Positions 10,631-19,661 of a stretch of DNA of 44,221 nucleotides are shown here, one piece after another. The translations under genes were made by a program, and so were the position numbers. The notes under the pieces are model-generated. The model did not search any database, was not told the origin of the DNA, and saw only the letters and a list, made by a program, of their open reading frames with translations. This DNA is from Lachnospirales bacterium (GTDB lineage: Bacteria > Bacillota > Clostridia > Lachnospirales > CAMZNU01): the NCBI GenBank assembly GCA_047974615.1, contig JBKECM010000109.1:1-44221 (forward strand). Reading direction: 5' to 3'. Each line of letters begins with the position of its first letter. Within the stretch, counting starts at the first letter, position 1.

Positions 10631-11353
10631 TTACAAAACTTGTGAAATGAATTGCTTAGTTCTTTCTTGTTTTGGATTTTGTAACACTTCTTCAGGTGAG
10701 CCTTCTTCAACTATATACCCATCTGCCATAAAAACTACTTTATTTGAAACTTCACGAGCGAAGCCGAGTTCGTGCGTTACAATAATCATACTTATATTTA
10801 AAGCCTTTAAAGATTTTATAACTTCAAGAACTTCCTTTATTACTTCTGGATCTAAAGCAGACGTGGGTTCATCAAATAATATAAATTCAGGTTGCATACA
10901 TAAAGAGCGTGCTATTGCAACCCTTTGTTGCTGACCTCCTGAAAGTTGTTTTGGGTAAGAATTTTCTTTGCCTAATAAACCAACTTTATCTAAATATTCA
11001 AGTGCCAATTCTTTTGCATCAGTTTCACTCTTTCCTAAAACTTTTATAGGGCCTAAAGTTAAATTTTCAAGTATAGATAGGTGAGGGAATAGGTTAAAAG
11101 ATTGAAAGACAAAACCCATTTTTGCACCAAATTCATCTGAAATTAATCTATCATGTGAAATTTCTTCTCCGTCATAAAAAATTTTTCCTGAGTTTTTCTC
11201 TTCAAGACCTTTAATACATCTTAATAAAGTAGATTTTCCAGAACCTGAGGGACCAATGATACACATTATATCACCGATTTCAACATCTAAACTTACATCT
11301 TTTAAAACTTCAAGTTTACCATAATTTTTTTTAATGTTTTCAAGTTTAATCAT
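10631..11353 (-). CDS. polar amino-acid ABC transporter ATPase (GlnQ/ArtR type)
   Basis: GPSGSGKST, LSGGQQQRVAIAR, FDEPTSALDPE; probable start MIKLEN at 11353. Confidence 0.93.
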   Translation of the reverse strand: MIKLENIKKNYGKLEVLKDVSLDVEIGDIMCIIGPSGSGKSTLLRCIKGLEEKNSGKIFYDGEEISHDRLISDEFGAKMGFVFQSFNLFPHLSILENLTLGPIKVLGKSETDAKELALEYLDKVGLLGKENSYPKQLSGGQQQRVAIARSLCMQPEFILFDEPTSALDPEVIKEVLEVIKSLKALNISMIIVTHELGFAREVSNKVVFMADGYIVEEGSPEEVLQNPKQERTKQFISQVL

Positions 11354-12014
11354 TGTTTGCGTATCTCCTTTCCAACTTATGCGAAAAATACGTAACAACA
11401 CCTGTCATTATTAAATAAATAATTGCTGCAAAAACAAGTGGCCAAATAAATTCAGCTGTTTTTGAACTAATAACTTTTGATCGTCCTAAAAGTTCAAGTC
11501 CTCCTATTGCAAAAATCAAAGAGGAATCTTTGATAAGCATAATAAATTCAGATACGAATGGAGGAATTAAACGTCTAAAAGCTTGTGGTAATATAATAAA
11601 CTGCATAGTCTGTTTATAGTTAAGGCCTAAAGTTTTTGCTGCTTCCCATTGTCCTTTATCTATGCTTTCTATACCAGAACGAATAAGTTCAGCAGAGTAT
11701 GCACCGGAGTTTATACCTATGGCAATAATACCAACTATAACAGGGTCCATTGAAATTCGTCCACCAGTTATTGCTGTATAAATAGTAGGAAAACCTAAAA
11801 ATAAAAACATAATTTGTAAAAGCATAGGCGTTCCACGTACAAATTGAATATACACAAAGGCAAATCCATTTAAAATTTTGTTCTTACTTATACGCATTGC
11901 TGCAAAAATTGTACCTAATAGTACGCCTATAATAAGTGCACCTATTGCAACCAATATAGAAAAACCGGCACCTTGCAATAAATATATAAGATTTTCTGTA
12001 TTAAATACACTCAT
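11346..12014 (-). CDS. polar amino-acid ABC transporter permease (HisM/GlnP type)
   Basis: RGTPMLLQ, AELIRSGIESIDKGQWEAA, ILPQA. Confidence 0.93.
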   Translation of the reverse strand: MSVFNTENLIYLLQGAGFSILVAIGALIIGVLLGTIFAAMRISKNKILNGFAFVYIQFVRGTPMLLQIMFLFLGFPTIYTAITGGRISMDPVIVGIIAIGINSGAYSAELIRSGIESIDKGQWEAAKTLGLNYKQTMQFIILPQAFRRLIPPFVSEFIMLIKDSSLIFAIGGLELLGRSKVISSKTAEFIWPLVFAAIIYLIMTGVVTYFSHKLERRYANND

Positions 12015-12015
12015 A

Positions 12016-12768
12016 TTATAAACCGTACTTTTCTAATAAAGCTTGATATTCATCTGTTTCCATAAAAGTTGCTAAATGTTTGTTAAGTTCAGCAGCTAAA
12101 GCTTCATTTTCTTTTTCAAAAACCATTGACATTTCTTCAGATTGTATTTTCTCTTCTAACATAATATAGTTTCCTGTAGCAACAGCGTTTTGTGCTACAC
12201 CTAGATCACAAATATATGCATCTAATTGACCTGCGTTAAGCATAGGTAATGCAACATCAGTGTCAACTAACGTTAGGTCTGTACTTAATGTTTCCGCTAC
12301 GCTTTCACCTGTTGTGCCAAGACCAGCACCTAAAATACCGTCTTTTAGTTCATCAACTGAAGTAATAGCTGAGGCTTTAGGAAGTAGAGCAACTTGAGCA
12401 CTACTATAATATGCATCGCCAAATAAGATTAACTCTTTTCTTTCTTCAGTAACTGAAATACCACTCATACCTAAGTCATACTGTCCTGACTGTACAGCAG
12501 GTATAATTAAGTCAAAGTCAAGTGCTGTATATACAACTTCAAGGCCAGCAAGTTCAGCTACTTCATTAAGTAAGTCAATGTCAAAACCAACCATTTCTGT
12601 TCCGTCCATATACTCAAAAGGAGCATAAGTTGGGTTTGTTGCTGCATAAATTTTACCATCTTCAATAAGACCAAGTTCATTTGTTGTAGTAGTTGATGTG
12701 TTGCCACATGCTGTTAGTGTTCCTAAAGTTAATACAGTTAACAAAGATATTGATAATAATTTTTTCAT
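12016..12768 (-). CDS. amino-acid ABC transporter substrate-binding lipoprotein (SBP_bac_3), probably arginine/basic amino acid
   Basis: Lipobox LTAC, YAPFEY, GFDIDL, TEERKE; start MKKLL at 12768 behind GGAGG. Arginine specificity is inferred only from linkage to argGH and the Arg leader. Confidence 0.88.
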   Translation of the reverse strand: MKKLLSISLLTVLTLGTLTACGNTSTTTTNELGLIEDGKIYAATNPTYAPFEYMDGTEMVGFDIDLLNEVAELAGLEVVYTALDFDLIIPAVQSGQYDLGMSGISVTEERKELILFGDAYYSSAQVALLPKASAITSVDELKDGILGAGLGTTGESVAETLSTDLTLVDTDVALPMLNAGQLDAYICDLGVAQNAVATGNYIMLEEKIQSEEMSMVFEKENEALAAELNKHLATFMETDEYQALLEKYGL

Positions 12769-12772
12769 AATT

Positions 12773-12826
12773 AAATCCTCCAAATTTTAAAAAATAATTT
12801 TGTTTTAATCTTAAAATTGAGAATTT
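12773..12826 (-). promoter_or_regulatory. SD-sequestering hairpin of the binding-protein gene
   Basis: mRNA AAAUUCUCAAUUUUAA (12826-12811) pairs with UUAAAAUU[UG]GAGGAUUU (12790-12773): 8+8 bp with a 2-nt bulge. Confidence 0.6.
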
Positions 12827-12876
12827 TGCCGTAATATTAAGGGGAAAAGTTTCATTAAATTCAATTTTGTTATCAT
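12811..12876 (-). CDS. putative 21-aa leader peptide MITKLNLMKLFPLILRQNSQF upstream of the ABC operon
   Basis: AAGGAGG (12889-12883) 6 nt before the ATG; only Arg is CGG at codon 16; 3' end overlaps an anti-SD arm. Confidence 0.7.
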   Translation of the reverse strand: MITKLNLMKLFPLILRQNSQF

Positions 12877-12905
12877 AATTTTCCTCCTTATTTTTGATTT
12901 TATAT

Positions 12906-12934
12906 AGTATATCATTATTTAAAATAAATTTCAA
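12906..12934 (-). promoter_or_regulatory. sigma-A promoter for leader plus ABC operon
   Basis: TTGAAA-17 nt-TATACT with extended TG. Confidence 0.65.
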
Positions 12935-13031
12935 CAATAAATTTGATTTTTTTTGTAAAAGTTTTTTGCTAATAATGTTTGTTATAAAACTTTTTATATA
13001 ATTTCCATAAAACTATTTGTATATTTTTATA

Positions 13032-13060
13032 TTTACAACTTTTAAAATACGTGTTACAAT
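13032..13060 (+). promoter_or_regulatory. sigma-A promoter for leader plus argGH
   Basis: TTTACA-17 nt-TACAAT with extended TG. Confidence 0.65.
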
Positions 13061-13094
13061 TAAAATAAGTTTTATTTAGGAGGTATAATATTAT

Positions 13095-13160
13095 ATGTAT
13101 GTAAGAAATAAATATAATGTAAAGTTCCAAAAATATATTGGTATATTTAAACTGCGGTAA
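13095..13160 (+). CDS. putative 21-aa leader peptide MYVRNKYNVKFQKYIGIFKLR upstream of argG
   Basis: AGGAGGT at 13078-13084; last sense codon is CGG (13155-13157) followed by TAA. Confidence 0.7.
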   Translation: MYVRNKYNVKFQKYIGIFKLR

Positions 13161-13217
13161 TGAAATTTTTATGAAAATTATATTAAACAAATTTAAAATA
13201 TTATGGAGGTTTCATTA
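13158..13217 (+). promoter_or_regulatory. SD-sequestering hairpin of argG
   Basis: UAAUGAAAUUUUUAUGA (13158-13174) pairs with UUAUGGAGGUUUCAUUA (13201-13217): 17 bp including 5 G-U pairs, covering the SD and the A of AUG. Confidence 0.7.
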
Positions 13218-14434
13218 TGAAAAAATATAAAAAAATCGTTTTAGCTTATTCTGGTGGTCTTGATACATCTGTTATTATTCCTTGGTTAAAAGAAAATTAT
13301 GATGGTTGTGAAGTTATCGCCGTTGCTGGTAATGTGGGACAAGCTGATGAACTTGATGGTTTAGAAGAAAAAGCACTTAAAACTGGTGCATCAAAATTAT
13401 ATATTGAAAATTTAACTGAAGAATTTGTAAATGAATATATTATTCCTACTGTAAAAGCTAATGCAAAATATGAAAATAAATATTTACTTGGTACTGCTTT
13501 TGCTAGACCTTTGATTGGTAGAAGAATAGCTGAAATAGCTTTAAAAGAAGGTGCTGATGCAATAGCTCATGGCTGTACTGGTAAAGGAAACGATCAAGTT
13601 CGTTTTGAACTTGCTATTAAATCTGTTGCTCCTGAAATGGAAATTATTGTACCATGGAGAATTTGGGACATTAAAGGTCGTGATGAAGAAATAGCTTACG
13701 CAAAAGAAAAAGGTATTCCTTTAAAATTCTCTGCAGAAAATAGCTATTCTCGTGATAGAAATATATGGCATATTTCTCATGAAGGTTTAGATCTTGAATT
13801 TCCTGAAAATGAACCAAACTATGAAACATTACTTCAACTTGGTGTTTCGCCTGAAAAAGCGCCTGATGTTGCTACTTATATATCTTTAGATTTTGAAAAA
13901 GGAGTTCCTGTTGCTGTTAATGGTGAGAAAAAAACTGCTACAGAAATTTTAACATACTTAAATGAAATAGGTGGTAAAAATGGTATTGGTATCATTGATA
14001 TAGTTGAAAACCGTTTGGTAGGTATGAAATCTCGTGGCGTTTATGAAACACCGGGTGGAACTATTCTATATCACGCACATAGTGTTTTAGAAGAACTTTG
14101 TTTAGATAGACAAACTATGCACTTTAAGCATGGTGTTGCTATTAAATTTTCTGAAATTGTTTATGATGGGCAATGGTATACACCTTTAAGAGAAGCATTA
14201 TCTGCTTTTATTGATAAAACTCAAGAAAAAGTAACAGGACAAGTTAAACTTAAATTGTATAAAGGCAATATTATAAATGCTGGTGTTATTAGTCCTTATT
14301 CTTTATATTCAGAAGAAATTGCTACGTTCAATGAAGATGAAGTTTACAATCAAAGTGACTCTACAGGTTTTATAAACTTATTTGGTTTACCTATTAAAGT
14401 TGCAGCGTTACTTGAGCAAAAAAAATTAAAATAA
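13217..14434 (+). CDS. argG: argininosuccinate synthase
   Basis: [40 protein letters not shown]. Confidence 0.98.
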   Translation: MKKYKKIVLAYSGGLDTSVIIPWLKENYDGCEVIAVAGNVGQADELDGLEEKALKTGASKLYIENLTEEFVNEYIIPTVKANAKYENKYLLGTAFARPLIGRRIAEIALKEGADAIAHGCTGKGNDQVRFELAIKSVAPEMEIIVPWRIWDIKGRDEEIAYAKEKGIPLKFSAENSYSRDRNIWHISHEGLDLEFPENEPNYETLLQLGVSPEKAPDVATYISLDFEKGVPVAVNGEKKTATEILTYLNEIGGKNGIGIIDIVENRLVGMKSRGVYETPGGTILYHAHSVLEELCLDRQTMHFKHGVAIKFSEIVYDGQWYTPLREALSAFIDKTQEKVTGQVKLKLYKGNIINAGVISPYSLYSEEIATFNEDEVYNQSDSTGFINLFGLPIKVAALLEQKKLK

Positions 14435-14464
14435 TTACTATAAAATAGGTGTTTTTTCACCAAG

Positions 14465-14500
14465 AGAACTGTAAACTATCCTTAGGGATTTTACAGTTCT
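14465..14500. repeat. REP-like palindrome (CTGTAA...TTACAG family) between argG and argH
   Basis: AGAACTGTAAA / TTTACAGTTCT 11-bp perfect stem with inner ATCC/GGAT. Confidence 0.6.
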
Positions 14501-14549
14501 TTCCATATTAAAATATTTTAATAAAAGTATGAATTTAAGGAGTAGATAA

Positions 14550-15920
14550 ATGAAACTTTGGGACGGAAGATTTTCTAAAAACGCAAGTCAAGAACTAAAT
14601 GATTTTAACTCTTCAATTTTTTTTGATAAGAGAATGTATAAAGAAGATATATTAGGCTCTATTTCACATAGTAAAATTCTTGTTATTACAAATATTATTA
14701 CTATTGAGGAATCGGAAACAATAGTTAAAGAACTTGAAAAAATTTTGAGTGATATAGAAGAAGGTAGTTTAGATATTGATTTAACAGCTGAAGATATTCA
14801 CTCTTTTGTGGAAATGGAACTTACAAAAAGAATAGGTGATATAGGAAAAAAACTTCATACTGGTAGAAGTAGAAATGATCAAGTAGCCGTTGACATAAGA
14901 TTATATTTAAAAAACGATGTAGTTGAAGTAATTCAAATGCTTAAAAATTTAATCAATGTAATTTGTGACAAAGCAAATAATCATAAAGAAACAATTATGC
15001 CTGGCTATACACATCTTCAACGTGCTCAACCTATTACTTTTGCACATCACATACTTGCATATGGTTCAATGTTTTTACGTGACATTAAACGTCTTGAAAA
15101 TGCATTGGATAATATGAATTATTCTCCTCTTGGTGCTGGTGCACTTGCAGGTACTACATATAATATTGATAGAGAATTTACTGCAAAACAACTTGGGTTT
15201 TTTGGCCCTACAATTAATAGTTTAGATAGTGTATCAGATAGAGATTTTTCTATGGAAATTTTGTCAGCCTTGTCAATTACTATGGTACATTTGTCAAGAT
15301 TTTCTGAAGAAATAATTATGTGGTGTTCTTGGGAATTTAAGTTTATTGAACTTGATGATGCTTTTTCTACGGGTTCTTCTATTATGCCTCAGAAAAAAAA
15401 TCCAGATATAGCTGAACTTGTTCGTGGTAAAACGGGACGTGTTTTTGGCGACCTTATGTCAATTTTAACCGTTATGAAAGGTTTGCCACTTGCTTATAAT
15501 AAAGATATGCAAGAAGATAAGGAAGGCGTTTTTGATGCTTTAGACACAGTGAAAATGTGTCTTTTAGCTTTTACTCCTATGATTGACACAATGAAAATCA
15601 ATGAAGAAAATATGAGAAGTGCTGCTGCTAAAGGTTTTATAAATGCAACAGACTGTGCTGATTATCTTGTAAAAAAAGGCTTAGCTTTTAGAGATGCTTA
15701 CAAAATTGTAGGTAAGTTAGTTTCTTATTGCATTGAAAATAATAAAATTTTAGAAAATTTAACAATGGAAGAATATAAAAATAATTCTGAAATTTTTGAC
15801 AATGATATATATGAAAATATTTCTTTATATAAATGTGTAAACGAAAGAAAATCATTTGGTGGTCCTTCAAAAGAGTCTATTGAATCACAAATTAAATTTT
15901 TATTAAATTCTTTAGCTTAG
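14550..15920 (+). CDS. argH: argininosuccinate lyase
   Basis: [43 protein letters not shown]. Confidence 0.98.
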   Translation: MKLWDGRFSKNASQELNDFNSSIFFDKRMYKEDILGSISHSKILVITNIITIEESETIVKELEKILSDIEEGSLDIDLTAEDIHSFVEMELTKRIGDIGKKLHTGRSRNDQVAVDIRLYLKNDVVEVIQMLKNLINVICDKANNHKETIMPGYTHLQRAQPITFAHHILAYGSMFLRDIKRLENALDNMNYSPLGAGALAGTTYNIDREFTAKQLGFFGPTINSLDSVSDRDFSMEILSALSITMVHLSRFSEEIIMWCSWEFKFIELDDAFSTGSSIMPQKKNPDIAELVRGKTGRVFGDLMSILTVMKGLPLAYNKDMQEDKEGVFDALDTVKMCLLAFTPMIDTMKINEENMRSAAAKGFINATDCADYLVKKGLAFRDAYKIVGKLVSYCIENNKILENLTMEEYKNNSEIFDNDIYENISLYKCVNERKSFGGPSKESIESQIKFLLNSLA

Positions 15921-15933
15921 TTAGGAGTTTTCT

Positions 15934-16917
15934 ATGAATAAAAAAGCTACAATTAATGATGTAGCAAAGTTGGCAGGGGTTTCTATTACTACAGTTTCTC
16001 GAACGATTAACGATAACTATCCTGTAAAAAAAGAAACAAAAGAAAAAATATTTAAGGCAATAGAAATACTTAATTTTACACCAAATGAACTTGCTGTTAG
16101 TATGATTACTAAAAAAACAAAGACTATTGGCGTTGTTATTCCAAGTATTTCTAATGCTTTTTTCAGTACACTTGTAAAAGGTATAAATGAAGTAGTTGAG
16201 AAAAATAATTACACTCTTTTAGTGTGCACAAGTAACAATAACGAGAAAGAAATTGTAGTTAAACTTGTAAGTAGACAGGTTGATGGAATTATTATTGCTG
16301 ATGGTAATCTTGACAGTAAAAAAGACTTTTATAATATGATACAAAAAACTATACCTTTAATTTTTATAAATAGTTATGATGAAAATTTCAATTATGTAAG
16401 TTGTGATCAAAAGAAAGGTGCGTACGATGCACTAAATTTTTTAAAAGAGAAAGGTCATCAAAATGTACTTTTTATTAGAGGTAACGAAAATAGTGAATCT
16501 TATAATTTAAAAGAAAAAATTTTTTGTGAAGTTTTTGAAAAAAATGAAATTTTGGTCGTAGATAGTGGAAATAAGGACAATGCAATTTTAAATACTAAAA
16601 ACGATATAGTTAATTTTTATGAAAAAAATAGAAATATTACTGGTATATTTGCTTGTAATGATCTTATGGCTGTAGGTGTAATTAAAGGTTTAAATCACTT
16701 GAAAATCAATATTCCTAATGAAGTTGAAGTTATAGGTTTTGACAATACTTTTTTATGCGAACTTGTTGCACCTACTTTAAGTACTGTTAGTCAACATATA
16801 ACAACTTTAGGAAAAATATCTTGCGAAAAAATATTGCAACTTATTGAAAAAAATGATAAAATAAATGTATTAATTAATTGTGATTTGGTTTTACGTGAAA
16901 GTTGTAGATTAAAATAA
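15934..16917 (+). CDS. LacI family transcriptional regulator (probable galactose repressor)
   Basis: TINDVAKLAGVSITTVSR HTH, NDLMAVG, GFDN, PTLSTV, RES. Confidence 0.93.
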   Translation: MNKKATINDVAKLAGVSITTVSRTINDNYPVKKETKEKIFKAIEILNFTPNELAVSMITKKTKTIGVVIPSISNAFFSTLVKGINEVVEKNNYTLLVCTSNNNEKEIVVKLVSRQVDGIIIADGNLDSKKDFYNMIQKTIPLIFINSYDENFNYVSCDQKKGAYDALNFLKEKGHQNVLFIRGNENSESYNLKEKIFCEVFEKNEILVVDSGNKDNAILNTKNDIVNFYEKNRNITGIFACNDLMAVGVIKGLNHLKINIPNEVEVIGFDNTFLCELVAPTLSTVSQHITTLGKISCEKILQLIEKNDKINVLINCDLVLRESCRLK

Positions 16918-16951
16918 TATATGCACTATGTGCTATTTATTTTTAACTTTT

Positions 16952-16967
16952 TAGAAAACGTTTTCTA
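16952..16967. promoter_or_regulatory. LacI-type operator just upstream of the galK SD
   Basis: Perfect 16-bp palindrome TAGAAAACGTTTTCTA with central CG, directly downstream of the LacI gene. Confidence 0.75.
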
Positions 16968-16979
16968 TAAGGAGGAATT

Positions 16980-18131
16980 ATGAGTTTAAGAGAAGATTTT
17001 TATGAAAAATTTGGTGGTACTACTAATGCAAGAAGTTTTTATTCACCAGCTAGAATTAATATTATAGGTGAACATACTGATTATAATGGTGGTTATGTTT
17101 TTCCTTGTACTTTAGACTTTGGTACATATGGGGTTGCTCGAAAAAGAGAAGATAATGTTGTAAGACTTAAATCTTTATTATATGATGGGGAAGTAACTTT
17201 TGATATTGATAATTTTTCATACAAGAAGGAAGATGGCTGGGCAAACTATGTTAAAGGTGTAATAGACGAGTTTATTAAAGCGGGACATACTTTAGGTGGT
17301 TTTGAAATTTTAATTAATAGTAATATGCCTTTATCTTCTGGCTTGTCATCATCGGCAAGTATTGAAGTTTTAATTTCTAAAGTGTTAGAAACGCTTTTTG
17401 AATTAAACGTCTCTGGGGTAGATATGGCGATATTATCTCAAAAAGCTGAAAATAATTTTATGAATTTGAAATGTGGAATTATGGATCAATTCATAATAGC
17501 AAATGGTAAAAAAGATAAGGCAATGTTGCTAAAATGTGATACTTTAGAATATACTTTATATGACTTAAATTTAAAAAATTATAAAATTGTTATATGTAAT
17601 ACGAATAAACCTAGAAATCTTATTGAGTCAAAATATAATGAACGACTTGAAGAATGTTTTAGTGGTTTAGAAATATTCAAAAAGTTTTTAAATATTAACT
17701 GTTTAGCTGAATTATCTATTGAAAATTTTGAAAAATATAAAAAAGAAATTAAAGATGAAAAAGTTTTAAAGAGAGTTAAGCACGTGGTATTTGAAACAAA
17801 AAGAACTTTAGATGCAACAAAGGCTATGGAAGATGGTAACTTAAAACTTCTTGGTGAGCTTGTTACAAGTTCTCATAATTCATTAAGAGATTTATATGAA
17901 GTTACTGGTTTTGAACTTGATACTATGGTTAATATTGCTTTGAAACAAGATGGTGTTTTAGGTGCAAGAATGACTGGTGCTGGTTTTGGTGGTTGTGCAA
18001 TTAGTCTTGTTGAAGAAACACTTGTTGACGATTTTATAAAAAAAGTTGGTACAGACTATGAAAAAAGTACTAAACTTGTTCCAAGTTTTTATATTGCAAA
18101 TATAGGTAGTGGTGTTACTGAACTTTTATAA
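16980..18131 (+). CDS. galK: galactokinase
   Basis: RINIIGEHTDYNGG, GLSSSAS, CGIMDQ, RMTGAGFGGC. Confidence 0.96.
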   Translation: MSLREDFYEKFGGTTNARSFYSPARINIIGEHTDYNGGYVFPCTLDFGTYGVARKREDNVVRLKSLLYDGEVTFDIDNFSYKKEDGWANYVKGVIDEFIKAGHTLGGFEILINSNMPLSSGLSSSASIEVLISKVLETLFELNVSGVDMAILSQKAENNFMNLKCGIMDQFIIANGKKDKAMLLKCDTLEYTLYDLNLKNYKIVICNTNKPRNLIESKYNERLEECFSGLEIFKKFLNINCLAELSIENFEKYKKEIKDEKVLKRVKHVVFETKRTLDATKAMEDGNLKLLGELVTSSHNSLRDLYEVTGFELDTMVNIALKQDGVLGARMTGAGFGGCAISLVEETLVDDFIKKVGTDYEKSTKLVPSFYIANIGSGVTELL

Positions 18132-18143
18132 GGAGGGTTTTTT

Positions 18144-19133
18144 ATGTCAATTTTAGTTGTTGGTGGTGCTGGTTATATCGGTAGTCATATGGTTTTAGAA
18201 TTACTTAAAAGTGGGGAAGACGTTATTGTAGTCGATAACCTTATAACTGGGCATAAAGAGTCAGTTGATAAGAGAGCAAAGCTTTTTATTGGTGATATAA
18301 AAGACAAATCTTTTTTAAGAGATGTTTTTTCAAAGAATAATATTAACGCTGTTATTGATTTTGCTGCCTATTCTTTAGTAGGCGAGTCCGTTAACTCACC
18401 ACTTAAATATTTTGAAAATAATGTGTATGGAACTATATGTTTACTTGAAGTTATGGTTGAATTTGACGTAAAGTCCATCGTTTTTTCTTCAACAGCAGCT
18501 ACTTTCGGAGAACCAGAGGTTAGTCCTATAGTTGAAGATGTTATTAAAAATCCAACAAATCCATATGGGGAATCAAAGCTTTGTGTTGAAAAAATCTTAA
18601 AATGGGTAGATAATGCACATGGCTTAAAATATGCAGTACTTAGATATTTCAATGTTGCTGGTGCAGATATAGACGGGAAAATAGGTGAGGCACATACAGT
18701 TGAAACTCATATTATTCCACTTGTTTTAAAAACTGCACAAGGTTTACGTGACAAAATTATGATTTTTGGAGATGACTATAATACACCTGATGGTACTTGT
18801 ATTAGAGATTATATACATGTTACTGACCTTTGTAATGCACATCAACTTGCTCTTAATCATATACAAAAAAACGAAATAAGTTGCACTTATAATTTAGGTA
18901 ATGGAAATGGTTTTTCTGTAAAAGAAATAATTCAAACTTGTCGAAAAGTTACTGGTATTGATTTTAAAGAAGAGGTTGGGGAAAGACGCGCAGGTGATCC
19001 ATCAACTCTTGTAGCTTCATCTGAAAAAATAACAAAAGAACTTGGGTGGAAACCTAAATATAATACATTAGAACAAATCATTGAAAGTGCATGGTTATGG
19101 CATAAAGCAAATCCAATGGGGTATACTAAATAA
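18144..19133 (+). CDS. galE: UDP-glucose 4-epimerase
   Basis: GGAGYIGSH, FSSTAA, YGESK, LRYFN, DGTCIRDYIHV. Confidence 0.97.
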   Translation: MSILVVGGAGYIGSHMVLELLKSGEDVIVVDNLITGHKESVDKRAKLFIGDIKDKSFLRDVFSKNNINAVIDFAAYSLVGESVNSPLKYFENNVYGTICLLEVMVEFDVKSIVFSSTAATFGEPEVSPIVEDVIKNPTNPYGESKLCVEKILKWVDNAHGLKYAVLRYFNVAGADIDGKIGEAHTVETHIIPLVLKTAQGLRDKIMIFGDDYNTPDGTCIRDYIHVTDLCNAHQLALNHIQKNEISCTYNLGNGNGFSVKEIIQTCRKVTGIDFKEEVGERRAGDPSTLVASSEKITKELGWKPKYNTLEQIIESAWLWHKANPMGYTK

Positions 19134-19230
19134 TGTTATATATCTTAACACTTAAATTACAAAAAATTATTTGTCAGATTTATATTTAAGTAATGCAACA
19201 ATAGGTTTTATTAAATAAAACTACTAATAG

Positions 19231-19389
19231 TATGGTCAAAAAAACTGAACAAATGCGAAGAATTTGTGTTTTACTTTAGGAAAACTATTTAGTGAAAAAT
19301 TCAACTTTAAGTGTACAGATAGTGTGGATATTGAATTTATATAGAGTTTTTCCAAAATGAAATCACATTGTTCAGATTTCTTAACTATA
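19231..19389. mobile_element. long imperfect hairpin / MITE-like element
   Basis: TATGGTCAAAAAAACTGAACAA vs TTGTTCAGATTTCTTAACTATA, plus nested paired arms. Confidence 0.55.
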
Positions 19390-19576
19390 TATAGTGACAA
19401 AAAAGGTGTTATTATTTATTGATATATATTTAAACAATATCAAAAATAGGATACTTTTTGAATAAATACATTTGATTTTTTATGTATATTTATGTGCTAT
19501 TTTTAATTAATTTTGCTATTGAAATAGGGATTTTCAAAAATTAACATTAAATTGTTAAATTATATTCAAAATTTCA

Positions 19577-19605
19577 TTGACTTTTAATAGGCGTTTTGAT
19601 AAAAT
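19577..19605 (+). promoter_or_regulatory. sigma-A promoter of the LysM/FMN-binding gene
   Basis: TTGACT-17 nt-TAAAAT with extended TG. Confidence 0.6.
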
Positions 19606-19661
19606 GATAATGTCATGTATACTAGTTAGTATATAAAATAAAATTAAGGTAGGGAAAAAAT

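Noticed and set aside
12677-13190. Track ORFs 12677-12937 and 12969-13190
   Set aside because: No SD or family signal. The SD-led 21-codon ORFs in other frames explain the region better.
12935-13200. ArgR box or T-box upstream of argG or the ABC operon
   Set aside because: The closest ARG-like string (TGAAATTTTTATGAA) has wrong spacing and is explained as the anti-SD arm. No GGTGG.ACC T-box core seen.
14529-14549. Mini-ORF MNLRSR abutting the argH start
   Set aside because: It has no SD of its own, and its AGG codon is simply part of the argH SD
19541-19570. Rex operator upstream of the LysM gene
   Set aside because: Only one half-site matches at the right spacing
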